DNA from: Octopus sinensis
Taxonomy: Eukaryota
DNA length: 64,000 nt
Reading direction: 5' to 3'
Assembly: GCF_006345805.1 (NCBI RefSeq)
Contig: NC_043015.1
Location: 12,524,001 to 12,588,000, forward strand
Both the position numbers and the translations under genes were made by a program. Below, piece after piece: positions 37,618 through 51,872 of this stretch. A model generated the notes under the pieces. The model worked only from the letters and a program-made list of their open reading frames with translations, made no database searches and had not been told where the DNA came from. How positions within the stretch are numbered: the first letter of the stretch is position 1; each line of letters starts with the position of its first letter.

Positions 37618-38005
37618 AGGAGTGGCTGTGTGGTAAGTAGCTTGTTAACCAACCATATGGTTCCGGGTTCAGTCTCACTGCGTGGCATCTTGGGCAAGTG
37701 TCTTCTGTTATAGCCCCAGGCCGACCAATGCCTTGTGAGTGGATTTGGTAGACGGAAACTGAAAGAAGCCTGTCGTATATATGTATATATATATATAAGT
37801 TTGTGTGTCTGTATTTGTCCCCCTAGCATTGCTTGACAACCGATGCTGGTGTGTCCACGTCCCCGTCACTTAGCGGGAAGGCAAAGAGACCGATAGCATA
37901 AGTACTGGGCTTACAAAGAATAAGTCCCGGGGTCGATTTGCTCGACTAAAGGCGGTGCTCCAGCATGGCCGCAGTCAAATGACTGAAACAAGTAAAAGAG
38001 TAAAA
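37618..38005 (+). mobile_element. Near full-length tRNA-derived SINE with an internal (TA)n/(TG)n tract
   Basis: Head GGAGTGGCTGTGTGGTAAG...GGTTCAGTC and tail CAGTCAAATGACTGAAACAAGTAAAAGAG. Minus copies at about 44650-44925, 45040-45455 and 51180-51580. Confidence 0.9.
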
Positions 38006-39682
38006 AAACTAAAAGAGAGAATGAGAAAGCAGGCTAGAAAAGAAAACATGACCAGAAAGAATAGACAAGGTTCCTTAGAATTTATTTAAAGGTTTATGAA
38101 GGGAATGACAGGAGAGGTATTTATGGTCAACACCACCGCAAAATGGATTGTGGAACTTCCAAGTGTACTTCTAGTATGTTTTAAACATAGAAATATACAT
38201 TTGTATACTTGATTTTTTTTTTTTTTTTTTGCTTATTCTTCAATCTCTATAGAAGTGGCATTTAGAGTCTGCAAGTATGGGACCATCTAACCTAGTAGTA
38301 TGAATGCTAAAAGGTTAATTTCCCATGTTAGTATATCCTTTCAGTTCAGCAGAAGGTGTGTTACAGTATTTCTCTCTTAAGTTATTCTATTCAGTCATCA
38401 TCATCATATGTCCACTTTTCCATGTTTGCATGGGTCACATGGAATTTGTTGAGACAGATTTTCTATGGTTGAACACCCTTCCTATTGCCAATCCTTACCT
38501 GTTTCCAAGCAAGGTAATATTTTCCCATCGCTTGACATGTTTTTACAGAAGACTGGAAATGAACCAACTCATTTGTAGGATGATGATGATGATCAATCAC
38601 ACCTATGTTTGGAAAAGGTTACACACACACACATACATATATGCATACACTGCATGCATACCTACATAACTGGCTTCTTTCAGTTTCTGTCTACTAAATC
38701 CACTCATAAAGCATTTGTCAAGTGTTATTGTAAAAGACACTTGTTCAAGATGTCTTACAGTGGGACCAAAGTCAAGGCTACATAGTTGGGGCAACCTTCT
38801 CAACCATACTGCCATGCCTGCACCTATATATATAAATTTACCAATGAAACAACACATTAGTTTATCTCTTCTTTAGATTTTTATTAATAATTGCAGTTTG
38901 ACTTGTTCTTTTGTGTTGACACATTTTTTCCTGCTCTGCTCTCAACCAAGAAATTTATTGATTTTATTTCAGTCAATCAAGCAATTTCATTATTTTCAAA
39001 ATAAATTCTAATCTAGCTTCTTTTGTTTTTTACATGCACAAATTCTGTACATCTTTTGTTATCGTGGCACATAATGTCTCAATGGTGTTATCTTGCAAAA
39101 TGCCATAAACCACTTCTGGGTTCATATAAATTACTTGACCGTGGCAGGATTTAACTCAGAACCCACAATACCAGAATAAATATTGGATTCAAATTTTGGC
39201 ACAAGGCCAGCAATTTCAGGGATTGGGGTAAGTCAGTCACACTGACCCCAGCACTCAACTGGTACTTATTTTATCAACCCTGAAAGGATGAAAGGCAAAC
39301 TCAACCTCAGCAGATGCCAGAATAATCATTTGCAAGGCATTTTATCCAGTACTCTCACAATTCAGCTAATTTACTACCTATTAATTAACCTATTAATTTG
39401 AATTATTATCATTCAAACATACTTTGGTAGCAGGAAAAAATAACCCCTACCAAATAGTATATTTTTCTTAGCTTTATATCTTCATAATTTTAATATGAAC
39501 ACTAAAGAGTTTTTTAAAAAATGATAGAGAATCAATATTGTTACTTATGTTTGGACAAAAATTGAAGCCAAAATTGAAGCTAATGGTAAGTTAGTAGTGC
39601 AGTGGTCATTATTATTACCTTTATTTGCCCATTAACGTTTCTGTCTTGGCTATCTTCTCACTATGTTCTGTCTTATTTTCAG

Positions 39683-39779
39683 TGATGTTTATAAGAAACT
39701 AGTTCAAGATGGTTGCTTCTTTCTGAATCCTAAAAGTGGTCATACAAAACAAGCAGCGGATTTTGCTCTTGTTCTTCAT
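39683..39779 (+). CDS. ZNF451: ZNF451-like coding exon (PIN-like domain middle); absent from the ORF track
   Basis: Acceptor tcttattttcAG|, donor CAT|GTAAGT, 97 nt, phase 2 to 0. Encodes (S)DVYKKLVQDGCFFLNPKSGHTKQAADFALVLH, matching the GCFFLHP...AADFAICMH motif of ZNF451. Confidence 0.92.
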
Positions 39780-39999
39780 GTAAGTAACTCTACCTTCAAC
39801 TTGCAAATGGCTTATTTTGAAAGGTCTTGAATTGTGGCTTGGCACCAAATGAAAGTTTTAACCTACATGATGACAGACAGACGTGGAAATTTGTTGAGTC
39901 TAATGAGACATGGAAAAGAGAAAACAGCTAGTCTGAGAAAACTGTACCCTCAATAGACAGCAATGAAAAAGCTCCAGGAAATTAAACAACAGCAATCTG

Positions 40000-42400
40000 C
40001 CATCCGCTATATATCTTCATGATAGGCTTATAACCAGGTACAAATTGCTATCCTCACATGCCCAATATTTGTGCAATAAAGACCCACCTTTTTGACTCTT
40101 ACTTCTGTCAACCCTGGTTTCATCAGTCACAAGAACATGGCACACTTTTTACACTGTGATGTTTTTAGCATGGCTGGTTACAACTTGTTTCATAAAGATC
40201 ACATTAATCGTTGTGGAGATGATGTGATGGTCTACATTTGTTCAAACTTTTCAGCAATTCCTTGTGATGATTTGAACCAACCACAACAAAAGTTATTTTT
40301 CTGTGCTATACATATAAACATGTTGACACTTCTTCTTGGATTTGCTTACCACTCCTCAGACTACAATCTAGACTCACAGCTTTTTGACATCCTCAGAGCT
40401 GCAACTAGGAAAACAGCTACATGTGTTTTCATTGCTAGTTACTTCAATTACCCTGTCGGCTGCAAAGTGCAAATGGTCTTCTTGATTTAGTACTGAATTT
40501 GTGCTGGTCCCAAGTAATCCTCTCCCCCACAAGAAGTAACAACACTTTGGATCTGCTCTTTACCACTACCCCTGAAACGGTTATCAGTGTCACTACTAAG
40601 GAACCTTTAGGCATCTTTGATCATGATATGATCATTGCCAATCTGTCTCTTATGGGCAGAAACAAAAACCATCACCACCTCCAAACTGCTTGCTTTGACT
40701 GGAGCAAAGGAGACTGGGACTCTTACTGCACTGAGCTACAATGGCCAAACTGGCTTGGATTTTACAATTCTGGAGTTGTCAGTACTGCACTTCAGAACAC
40801 CCTCAATTCAATCTGGACTACATGTGAAGCTTCCCAAAAGTGCAATTTGGGAGATGCAGCAGTCAGGGAAGAACATCATGATGTTGAACAGCAATACAGT
40901 GTATGTAAAGCAGAGGAGAATAGAAGAAGGTACAACAGATCATTTAACCATCTCAAGCAGTTGACAAAAAAGGCAATGCTTAAATTTGAACAACATATAG
41001 CAACCAACCCTGACAGTAAAGTGTTCTGGAAATATGTATGTTTGAAGCAGAGACCTTATTCTCCTGTTGGCTCTCTTCGCAATCCCCACACGTCGGATTA
41101 TTGATGATCACAAAGAATATGCAGAACTTATTGCTGAATGCTATGCTGGCATTGTCACTGTTGAAAATCCATATGCACCATCTTCATCTCCTCTGGCATC
41201 AAATTCTATAATGTCTGTGAAATATACACCTGCAATGCTGTGACACCACCTCAAGAATAAGCACAACTATGCCTCTCCTGGTTTTGGTGGTGTTACTTAT
41301 CTGCTTCTAAAATGCAGCAGGTTTTTTCTTTTGCACCAGCTTTCATTCTTCTTCCAATTCTGTTTTAATATCTGTCACCCCAGAGCAGTAGAAAATTGCC
41401 TGTCATTCCCCTGTTCAAAAAGGGTGATTGCACATCACCTGTCAACTACTGCCCAGTCAGTCTTACTAGCTGCATCGCCAAACTGATAGTCTTGTCAGAG
41501 AAGCATTCTGGAACTCTCACAGCCTTATTTGACCCTCACAATTTGGATTTATCCTCAACTCCAGCTGCTGTGGCCAACTCCTTGAGTTTCTTGAAAGCAT
41601 CACTGATGGTAGCTCATGGGTGGATGTTATCTATCTTGACTTTGTTAACCCTTTCGTTACCAACCTGGCTGAAACTGGCTCTGGCTCTGAGTATAAATGT
41701 CTTGTTTTCATAAATTTTGAATTAAAATCTTCCACCACACCTTAGTCACAATTTATGTTCCTAACACTAGCTTAATGATAACTAAAATGTTTTACTAAAT
41801 TCTTTATCATATTTAAAGTAATTGAAAGCAACACAGAGCACCTCAAAATAAATACAGTAACGAAAGGGTTAAAGCTTCCAATTCTGTGTCTCACAAACCA
41901 CTTATGGCAAAACTCTGCAATGAGTGTGAAAGATGATCTTCATAACTGGTTGAACTCTCTTATTCTCAGTCAAAGACAGGTAGCCATAGTTTCAAGACAT
42001 CATTCGTCACCCTATGAGATGATACCTCTGGGATCTGTTCTTGGAGCCCTGTTGTTTGTTGCATATATTAATGACAAATGCCAACTTGAAGAATGTTACA
42101 GTGTTGAAATATGCAGATGACATCAAACTGTACCTTATCTTTCGTGCAGTCAGACCCAGACGTACTGCAGCAACAGATTGCTGACTGTGAACAAGTGCAC
42201 CACCATGCATTTTGAGAGGAAAAGCCTAACTTTTATGTACTCCCTCAACACCAATCTTAAGAAGTCATATCTACTGGGTGCTGTTTGTGCTACCTGCACT
42301 ATTGATGTTGGTATGCAACTTGCAGGACTATGAATCACTGGAGGCTGGGCAGGAAGCTTCATACTAGGTGATGAGGAGGTTAAACTATGAGAAGCAAGAT
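40000..42400 (+). mobile_element. CR1-clade LINE ORF2 relic (APE endonuclease and reverse transcriptase)
   Basis: Frameshifted motifs PTRSNNTLDLLFTT, VIPLFKKGDCTSPVNYCPVSLTSCIAKL, IYLDFVKA (split by a MITE), PLGSVLGALLFVAYIND and KYADDIKL. Confidence 0.88.
41649..41868. mobile_element. piggyBac-type MITE (220 bp) inserted in the CR1 RT motif
   Basis: Perfect 12-bp TIR CCCTTTCGTTAC and TTAA on both sides. Excision restores IYLDFVKASNSVSHK. Confidence 0.92.
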
Positions 42401-44091
42401 GGGCCAGAGAAGATTCTTGTAAGTCTGCCTGGGTTATTTAATATACAGAGCTGTTGCTGTTTCAACCAAAAGCTTTTGGCCTTAATGATGATTTCCACTT
42501 AGGAGTTTTCTGATCCCTTAAACTTATTAACTAAAAAAATTAATTGAATCTTTTGTTTTTATTTTCAAAAGGTCTATTCTGCTATTCTTCATGCATTGTT
42601 TTGTATCCGTTTTTTTTTCTTTTTTTCAGAAGTAGCAATTTATTCACTTTCTGAATCCTTAGCCTTTACCTTCACCTTCATCTGCTGTGTTGGTTTTTAC
42701 CATTCTTGGCTATTTTTATGTGCTTTCCAAATTTTGTGTACGTTTGTATTCATTATGGAGAACCTTTTTTTTTAGCTCACTAATTATGGAAAGTTCTTTC
42801 TGTGGGCTTCAATCTGTCTCTAAAGTCTTGTTTCTATGCCAATTGTTCACTGCTGCACTTCTTTTTGGTTTTCTGTAGGAAAAAAAATTATTTACATTTC
42901 TACTGCAGAAATGTAAATAAATTCAATTACCTCAGTGGTTTTTGAAATATCATTTCAATGCAAACATTCTCTTTCAGCACTGTTGAAGGCAACTCTTTCT
43001 TTATACTGTTACATTCCCTGATGCTAGTGCACATTATTTTCAGTTGGTTATTACTCTGGATATCTGACTATTGTTTAGTTATCTGTATATCTTTTATTGA
43101 GGTTTCAAGTCCAGTCAATGGCTGGAATGGTTCACTTAGTGCTTCAGCACTGCCAGCATACTTGACTGTATCATTTGGGATCTCCTGTACTTTGTCATCA
43201 ACAGTGTAATTCTATTGATTATTGAAAGCAATAGCAAGGAAATGGGGTGGGGAAACTGGTAGGGTTTCTATTGACAACAGGTTTTAAATCCTGATATCCA
43301 AGTGTTGTTCTACTGTGTCCATTTCACATTTGACTACAGATGTTCAATTTTTTGCAAGCTAGCTTAAGATATTTTTGGTGCTCCAGTTAATATTTTCAAT
43401 TACAGGTATGTCAACATACTTAAGTACCTGTGATGAGTAGACGTTTTATCAAAATCATCACCATATGTCTGTTTTCCATGCTGGCATAGGTTGGACAGTT
43501 TGCAGGAGCTGGAGAACTACTTGAGCTCCATGTCTGTTTTGACATGGCTTCTATGGCTGGATGCCCTTCCTAATGCCTACCACTTTACAGAGTGTACTTG
43601 GTGCTTTTATGCAACACCAGCATGGGTGCTTTTACATGGTACTGACACGGGCGCTTTTTATGTGGCATGGGCATCCACAAGCCTGCAAGATTAGGAACAC
43701 TCAGTTGAAGAGGGATCCAGAGGATATGCCTGTATGCAAAGACAACTGCATATTTACTTAACTTGATGTGTTTTCTCAAGCACAGCAAACCACTAGTTTT
43801 TAATATTGTTATTCTGTTAACAATTTTTTCTTGGGAATTTATTTATTTTTATTATTATTAACAGATTAACCAGAATGGTAAAACCAGAACATCAAAGAGT
43901 TTTCTAGTTCCATGCTTAATATGCTCAGCATTCAAATCCTTCTATAGCTTACTTTCATCCTTATAAAATTGATGATATAAACATTCAGTTATATCCCTCT
44001 TTCAAAATTTCTATAATTATATAACCAATGTGCTACTAATCATTATTTAACACTAAGTAATACTATTACTATAACTCAATCTAATTAACAG

Positions 44092-44271
44092 GTTGGAAAG
44101 ATGGATGAACGTTTACCTGAGCACATCAAATTCACAATATTGTCTGGAGACAAAGGATTTTATGAAGTTAGTCACCAGTTTGAAAATTCCAAGAGGCACA
44201 TGCAAATTGTTGATCCACATCATTTTACAAAAGAGTCATATAACTCCCTTTTTCAGTTATCACAGAATTAG
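44092..44271 (+). CDS. ZNF451: ZNF451-like terminal coding exon (end of the PIN-like domain, stop codon)
   Basis: Acceptor ctaattaacAG|, phase 0. Encodes VGKMDERLPEHIKFTILSGDKGFYEVSHQFENSKRHMQIVDPH...QN*, matching GRLDEQLP..IPFTILSGDQGF of ZNF451. TAG at 44269-44271. Confidence 0.92.
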   Translation, partial: VGKMDERLPEHIKFTILSGDKGFYEVSHQFENSKRHMQIVDPHHFTKESYNSLFQLSQN

Positions 44272-44323
44272 GTTCTTCTACAGAGAAATGTATTTTGTAT
44301 ATTTTATATTTTTGTATGGTTAT

Positions 44324-44329
44324 AATAAA
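44324..44329 (+). promoter_or_regulatory. Putative polyadenylation signal of the ZNF451-like gene
   Basis: AATAAA 52 nt after the stop codon in a U-rich context, followed by T-rich sequence. Confidence 0.5.
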
Positions 44330-44604
44330 CTGAAATGTTGCTTTTTATTTCATCATTGTTTTAATGTACGCTTTTCCATGTCTACTTGGGTGAAACAGAA
44401 TTCATTGAGGCAGATTTTCTACACTCATGCCTTTCTTGTCACCAGGCCATGTCTGTTTCTAAGCAAAATAATATTTCCCTATGGCTGGATATCTTTTTGT
44501 TTAAGATTGGAAACAAATGATATCATTTAAATGACTATGACCCTCTTTTATAATATAATGTGATGTTAAGACAAGGAGATATAAACACACACATGCACAC
44601 ACAA

Positions 44605-44638
<34 letters not shown>

Positions 44639-44927
44639 GTATATACTCTTTACTCTTTTGCTTGTTTCAGTCATTTGACTGCAGCCATGCTGGAGCACCA
44701 CCTTTAGTTGAGACACGCAAACATATACATACACACACACCACACACACACACACATATATATACAATGGGCTTCTTTCAGTTTCCATCTACCAAATCCA
44801 CTCACAAGGGTTTGGTCGGCCCAGGGCTAGAGTAGAAGACACTTTCCCAAGGTGTCATGCAGTGCGAATAAGCCCCGGAACTATGTGGTTGGTAAGCAAT
44901 CTACTTACCACACGGCCACTCCTGCGC

Positions 44928-44969
<42 letters not shown>

Positions 44970-45242
44970 ATATATATATATGTATATATGCAGAGTTGGG
45001 CACTGTTAATTGAAAAGTTAACTTCATTAATCATTACTCTTTACTCTTTTACTTGTTTCAGTCATTTGACTGCAGCCATGCTGGAGCACCGCCTTAAGTT
45101 GAGCAAATCGACCCCGGGACCTATTCTTTGTAAGCCCAGTACTTATTCTATCGGTCTCTTTTGCCGAACCGCTAAGTAACGGGGACATAAACACACCAGC
45201 ATTGGTTGTCAAGCAATGCTAGGGGGACAAACAAACAAACAA

Positions 45243-45287
<45 letters not shown>

Positions 45288-47378
45288 CATATATACGACA
45301 GGCTTCTTTCAGTTTCCGTCTACCAAATCCACTCACAAGGCATTGGTCGGCCCGGGGCTATAGTAGAAGACACTTGCCCAAGATGCCACGCAGTGGAACT
45401 GAACCCGGAACCATGTGGTTGGTTAGCAAGCTAATTACCACACAGCCACTCCTGTGCCTATTCATTAGTTCATTAATTTTTTGAAAATGTAGCAGAAGTT
45501 AACGTTAATCCATTAACTACCCCATCGACTTTGTTACCTCATAACTTCCAGAAAAATGGATACATTTTAATGAAACTTTTACCAAATAATCACTTATATC
45601 CTGTAGATTGAGTGTATGTGAAGATTTGTTGGAAACATTTTTGAGGGGTTGAGGAGAGGCGTTTTGGAAAATTCACATGACCTGACATTTTCGGTGTAGA
45701 TTATGATTACAAAGAAATTTATAGGTATAATTTTTGGAAGTGGGTGGGAAGTTTCTGGAAAATAGAGTTTCAGATCAGACAGCCCACGCAAGTTGGAATC
45801 TCTCCGTTTTGACAGGGATTTTTTCCAATATTTTTCACTAAAGTCTTCAGTTTGATGGGGAGCATCTTTCACAAAAAAAAAAAGATTAAAGATTTTGAAA
45901 ATTTATTTTTTTGCACTCCTGCCACCCCTTCACTGCTCCAATCCCAAACAATTTTGGCCTTTTTCTTTTTCACTACACACTTAAAACTCATGAGAGAAAC
46001 ATTTTTGGTTTAAAAGAAAATTGTTAATAATTTCAGAGGAAAATGTGTGATTTAAGGGAAATCTGGCTGTTGTTTCTAGCACATCCCAAAACCTCCCTCC
46101 TTGTTTCTTTCTCACTCACACATCTATTGATATTTTTCAATATTTTTCTTCCCATAAACAAATTTTATGGAATGATGATATCAAAGTAACACACATATAA
46201 TCCCAACCGAGTGAGGCCATGTTATGTGTGTGAGTAAGAAAAAAAACCCTAAAAACATCTTTAGTGTTCATATTAATCTGTCAAATGTAATGCTTATTTG
46301 TTCATGTTATTTTGAATCATTAAGGTTCAAGAGGGGTGTCCACAATATTTGCTTGTAGCTTTGTAAAGCTTTTACATACAAATTTGAAATTTTGTCAGTG
46401 GGTGCTTTATATACCACTAATTTATAGTTATGTAATTTTAGCTGATCTTGCTGAGTAAATTTGACTTTTATGGGTAGGTAAATTTAATTAACATGTGTAA
46501 AAGCAATAACATTATGGATAAACACTAAAATTGAAAATTCTTAATGCATCTTACTTATCTAATTTGTTACTAAAATTATCCCAGATGGCAACCAACAAAA
46601 ATTTTTCCACTTTTCAAGATGAGTTACATTAATTTGAATTAATTAAAATAATGTTATAATTGCTACAAAATTTTATTCTTTCGGTAAATATTTCATACTA
46701 AGTATGGAATAATTTTTTCCAGAAAAGAAAGGTGGGAAGGGTGGTGGAGACTGTTCCCTCTTGATAGAACAAAGAAATTTCCCGTTGCCTTTGCAAGGAA
46801 CAAGCCAATGAATTTGATTTCAGATCCAGGCAAGGCTAAACGAGGTACAAACGAGTCATTTATTATGACAAGTAGCATTATATCGGGGTTGAAAGAATGA
46901 TGCATATAATATTAAATATGCAAAAATAATCTGAAAACAATAGAGACTTTTAAATATTTACCAGTTTTTATGAAATTTTGGGGTTAAGAGACTTGAACTA
47001 ATGGAAGCTAAATGTAACAGAAGTTAATTAATCCAATAATGATTTTCAGACTTACTTAATAGTTAAATCATTAATGAAAATGTTAACTTCATTGATTAAT
47101 GATTAACGGACTTACACTCAACTCTGTATACTTGTATAAAGATCAAGGTGCCTGGTGCCTTGCTGTATTCAAGAAGACTCATACTCTGCAGCAGAAGTAT
47201 TAAGACCAGTCCCTCTGGTGGTGCAAAGCACTCATGGTGGTGCCACGTAAAAGCACCCAGCACATTCTGTAAAGTAGTTGGCGTTAAGAAAAGCATCTAT
47301 CTATAGAAACCATGCCAAATCAGACTGGAGTCCAGTGCAGCTTGCCAGCATGGACAATGGATGTTAAATGATGATGTG

Positions 47379-47417
<39 letters not shown>

Positions 47418-47899
47418 TATATTATATATATATACACACACACACACACATCATTATCATCATTTAATGTCCATTGTCCATGCTGGCATGGGTTGGACAG
47501 TTTGATAAGAGTTGACAAGCCAGAGGACTGCACCAAGTTCCAATATCTGCTTTTGTATGGTTTCCACAGCTGGATGCCCTGGTGACAAGAGATTAAGGTA
47601 CAATAGAGGGATTGAAAAAGGTGTCTTGCTGTAGAGGAAGATTACTTAGTTACCCCAGCTGACAAAGAAAGAGATGTCCTCTCAAGTTGCAGGGAGGTGA
47701 ATATAAGAGAAGCAGTACAGAAAATTGGTCAGAGTGAGTGGATAGGTAAGAAGTTTGTGAGAGTATGAAACAGAGACAGATGGATAGAGGTGGAGAATAG
47801 AAGGGAATGCAGTGAGTGCTAAACATGATGGAAGGAGAGGTCAGGAAGAGAAATTGTAGGAGGAGTGGGTGTTAGAAAGATGAGTGGTAGGGGAGAAAT

Positions 47900-48220
47900 T
47901 TAGCTTACAGGTACTATCTACTTTCTCTATGGATCCTCCTGGGCATTCAGAAAAAACTATTTCCTGTGTGTTCTTAGAGTTTATTGCTCCTACATATCTG
48001 CCACACAAAGTCTCAACCTTCCTATGATTCTGTTGCATCTCTTACATGTCCACTGTTTGAACACTGGGTATGGGATTTCTATCTACACCTTTTCTATATA
48101 TTGAGCAAGACCATTTTCCTTGAGGGATTAGTGGTTTATCAGTTTTCCTGTCAAAGAGGGAGACTCAGGAAGACAGCTGAAGTAGTGAAGAATGGCTTCT
48201 AGATATTGAGCCTCACAAAG
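47900..48220 (-). mobile_element. RTE relic, continuing into a purine-rich 3' region and (GAT)n tail at about 47450-47900
   Basis: Minus strand KQWTCKRCNRIIGRL...ADM*EQ*TLR resembles the RTE WTHKRCS..GRL...C.GAIN region. Confidence 0.55.
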
Positions 48221-48542
48221 GAAATTTAAAGGGACCAAAATGATTGCTGATTTGCTGTGCTTGAGAAAACTTCTCCATCATGGCAAAAATGGAACCCTAG
48301 CAAATCTTAACAGCCCCCCCCTCCTTCCATTGGTGCTCACCACTCACAGCATTCTTTGGTCTTGGGAATAATTTTTTTCTGCGTTCTGTATTATCTTTTA
48401 CTTATTTTAGTCATTGGACTGTGGCCATGCAGGGGCACTACCATGAAGAATTTTTAGTCAGTTGAATCAACCCCAGTATTTATTTTTTAAAGCCTGGTAC
48501 TGTTGATCTGTTTTGCCAAACTGCTAAGTTACATGGATATAA

Positions 48543-48575
<33 letters not shown>

Positions 48576-51387
48576 CAACAAGCTTCCTTCAGTTTCTTAT
48601 TTCTTTACTGCCCACAAGGGGCTACACACAGAGGGGACAAAGAAGGACAGTCAAACGAATTAAGTCGATTATATTGACCCCAGTGCTAACTGGTACTTAT
48701 TTAATCGACCCTGAAAGGATGAAAGGCAAAGTCGACCTTGGCAGAATTTGAACTCAGAACGTAGCGGCAGACAAAATACTGCTAAGCATTTCGCCCAGTG
48801 TGCTAATGTTTCTGCCAGTTCCTTCAGTTTCTGTCTACCAAATCTCATTTACAAGGTTTTGGTCAGCCATAGGCTATAGTAGAAGACACTTAGCTAAGGT
48901 GTCACACAGTGGGACCAAACCCAGAAACATGTCATTGAGAAACAAGCTTCTTACCACACAGCCACGCCTGTACCAATATATTATCTTTCTTGAGAAACAA
49001 TACAGAGTCGGTGATGGGAAGAACACTCAACAGCAGAATACTGTCTCAGTCTCATCCAACTCAAGCAAGAATAGAAAAAGTAAGAATGAAGATGCTATGC
49101 CATGGTTTTATGTCACTTGGCAAAGTGCATTATTCTGAAATAAGTGTAATTTCCACTTTATTAGTGAGTCATTAGCAAGAAAATCAGAATCCAAATGTTA
49201 AAAATAAATTGTTCTATAAATCATATCCAAATATCAAAATTTTTTTTTTAAAGAGGCACTATTTATGATAGCATACCAGTGCATCATTACAAATTTAATA
49301 CTATAATTTTGAATACAGGCAACATTTACGGTTCATTTGCCTATTTTTAAAAAGATTTAAAATCAATATCAAGTGCATAGAAATAACTCTTTTCTGTAAT
49401 GGCTTCTACTAATAAAAGCAAACAAATTGCCAGATATATTCAGTGAAAAACGGGATTTTTTTTTTGCATATATATATATACATAAAAAGTGTCTCATTTA
49501 AAAAAAGATTTGGTTGAAGTTTCTAAAAGCTAAAATATAGAACACCACTGTTTGATCAAATATAAAGCACAGGAAAATCTGAAGGGCATTGCTGTTATAT
49601 AAGCTAGTATTGTTAAAAGAATCTTTATACAAACAGCAGTCATCTTCCAAAAGACATAAATAAAATACTTCTGTAATTCAAGCAAGTTAGGATGTGTGAG
49701 AGCAAATTGTAAAGAAAGTGAACCAGCTTATCAAAGTTGAGTGTGTGAAAGACCGTATAGCTACTGTCATCTGAATTTAAACTCAAGAAACAGTCAAATT
49801 GTTTGAAGTTTTTTTTATCATGGATGATCATTTCTGCCTATATAAAAGAAAAAACATTGTTCAAGAATGTTTTATCAGGGCTCAGGAAATTATCAGGTTG
49901 CTTGAGAATTTTATCATGGTGGACAATTTCAATATTGTTATTGAAACAAGAAAAATCAGAATTAGTGTTTTATTCAATGGTTGTAGATGAGATTATATAT
50001 ATATATATAAGCACAAGCATATCTGTGTGGTTAAGAAGCTTACTTTGCAACCATGTAGTTTCAGGTTCAGTCCCACTTCGCTGCACCTTAGCCCTAGACC
50101 AACTAGTGGTGCCTTGTAAAAGAACTTGGTAAACAGAAACTGTTTGGAAACACATTATGTGTGTGTATATATTTATATACATATATATGTATGTGTGTTT
50201 GTCTCCCGTCATCATTTGACAACTGGCATTGGTTTGTTTGCAGCCCTGTAATTTAGTTGTTGAGCAAAATAGACCAACGGAATAAGTACCAAGCTTTAAA
50301 AATAAGTGCTGGAGTCAATTTGTTCTACTAAACTTTTCAAGACTGCCTCAGCAAGGTCACTCTAATGACTGAAACAAGTAAAAAGCAATATATAGTAAAT
50401 GCAACACAGTTGGCTATATTTCCACATGAAATAACATCTTTTATAGTAAAAAACTTACTTTAAAGTTGTTGCATGGAACTGCCAGAGGCAAAAATCTTTT
50501 TTATTTCTAATATCTAATCAACAATAAGTGATTTCAGTTACACATATCAAAAACTTAGTGCCATAATTAGGGATGATATACTATCTATAGTGAAGTTCCA
50601 AAAAGCTTTTTTTTTTTACTTTAATTGTGAAAGAATTGGAGAACCTTCAACAGTGACTCTAATAGCTTAGTGTTATAGTTGTAGTCATCAACAAAATTTA
50701 TGCACACATTCTCTAATAATGAATGATGGGATGAAAGTGATACCAAAATGTATTATCACCATAATGGATTAAACAACAGAATTTTAAGAAATTTTGAATG
50801 CCCTTGAAGCAGAACAAGATGAAATTAAACTATTCCAGTTATAGAATTAGAAAGTCAAAAAGGATTAAATGATTCAGTATTTTTAATCAATGATTTAAAT
50901 TTGAAATTACAAGAGCTGAATCAACTTATACCCGTCCTAGATCTGGCCTTGTTGAGGTGAAAGGTCTTACATGTTCCATAGATCTGAGAGATCATTATCA
51001 TCTGGAGCATTTCTCCTGGTAGGGTCACCTTAGGCAGGATGTTCTCCCAGGGAAATTCCAGACTAATGGTGACCAAGATGGTAGCCCCATCATCTAACTA
51101 TTCTGTAGAGGACCAACAACCTGTTATGGCATCCTCCAAAAGAAGAATCAGCTTATTCGTCTTCAAGAGCTTTGAATCACTCTCTTTTACTTGTTTCAGT
51201 CATTTGACTGCGGCCATGCTGGAGCACCGCCTTTTTAGTCTAGCAAATTGACCCCAGGACTTATTCTTTGTAAGCCTAGTACTTATTCTATCGGTCTCTT
51301 TTGCCGAACCGCTAAGTAACAGGGATGTAAACACACCAGCATCGGTTGTCAAGTGATGTTGGGGGGGACAAACACAGACACACAAAT

Positions 51388-51420
<33 letters not shown>

Positions 51421-51872
51421 CAACGGGCTTCTTTCAGTTTCCATCTACCAAATCCACTCGCAAGGCTTTGGTCGGCCCGAGGCTACAGTAGAAGACACTT
51501 GCCCAAGGTGCCACGCAGTGGGACTGAACCTGGAACCGTGTGGTTGGTAAGCAAGCTACTTACCACACAGCCACTCCTGCTGCATTTTTTCCATAACCCA
51601 ACTAAAAAACACTGCAGCAATGAAAGCACAGAATCTAGAACTGATTTTACAGTCTGCTGCAGTGTCTTTCAGTCATTTGGGTTTCTCAAATGTGAGGATC
51701 TGGCTGGTTCGAACATAAAGCAAGTAGAATATTTGGGTTACATATGGCCAATTGAAATGCTAAAAAGTTAATTCAAGTTTAAGGTATGGCTGAAGTGATT
51801 TGCTCGTCATAAAGTTAGATATATCAATGTAACTGATTTTTCTTTTTTTGTTTTCATTTGTACTTAATTATA

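Noticed and set aside
38880-39150. Possible DDE transposase relic (ILQDN) on the minus strand
   Set aside because: It is a single short motif with no supporting flanking similarity.
40092-41713. ORFs 40092-40490, 40499-41104 and 41396-41713 as host genes or ZNF451-like exons
   Set aside because: They are consecutive frameshifted pieces of a CR1 ORF2, and exons 39683-39779 and 44092-44271 join in phase without them.
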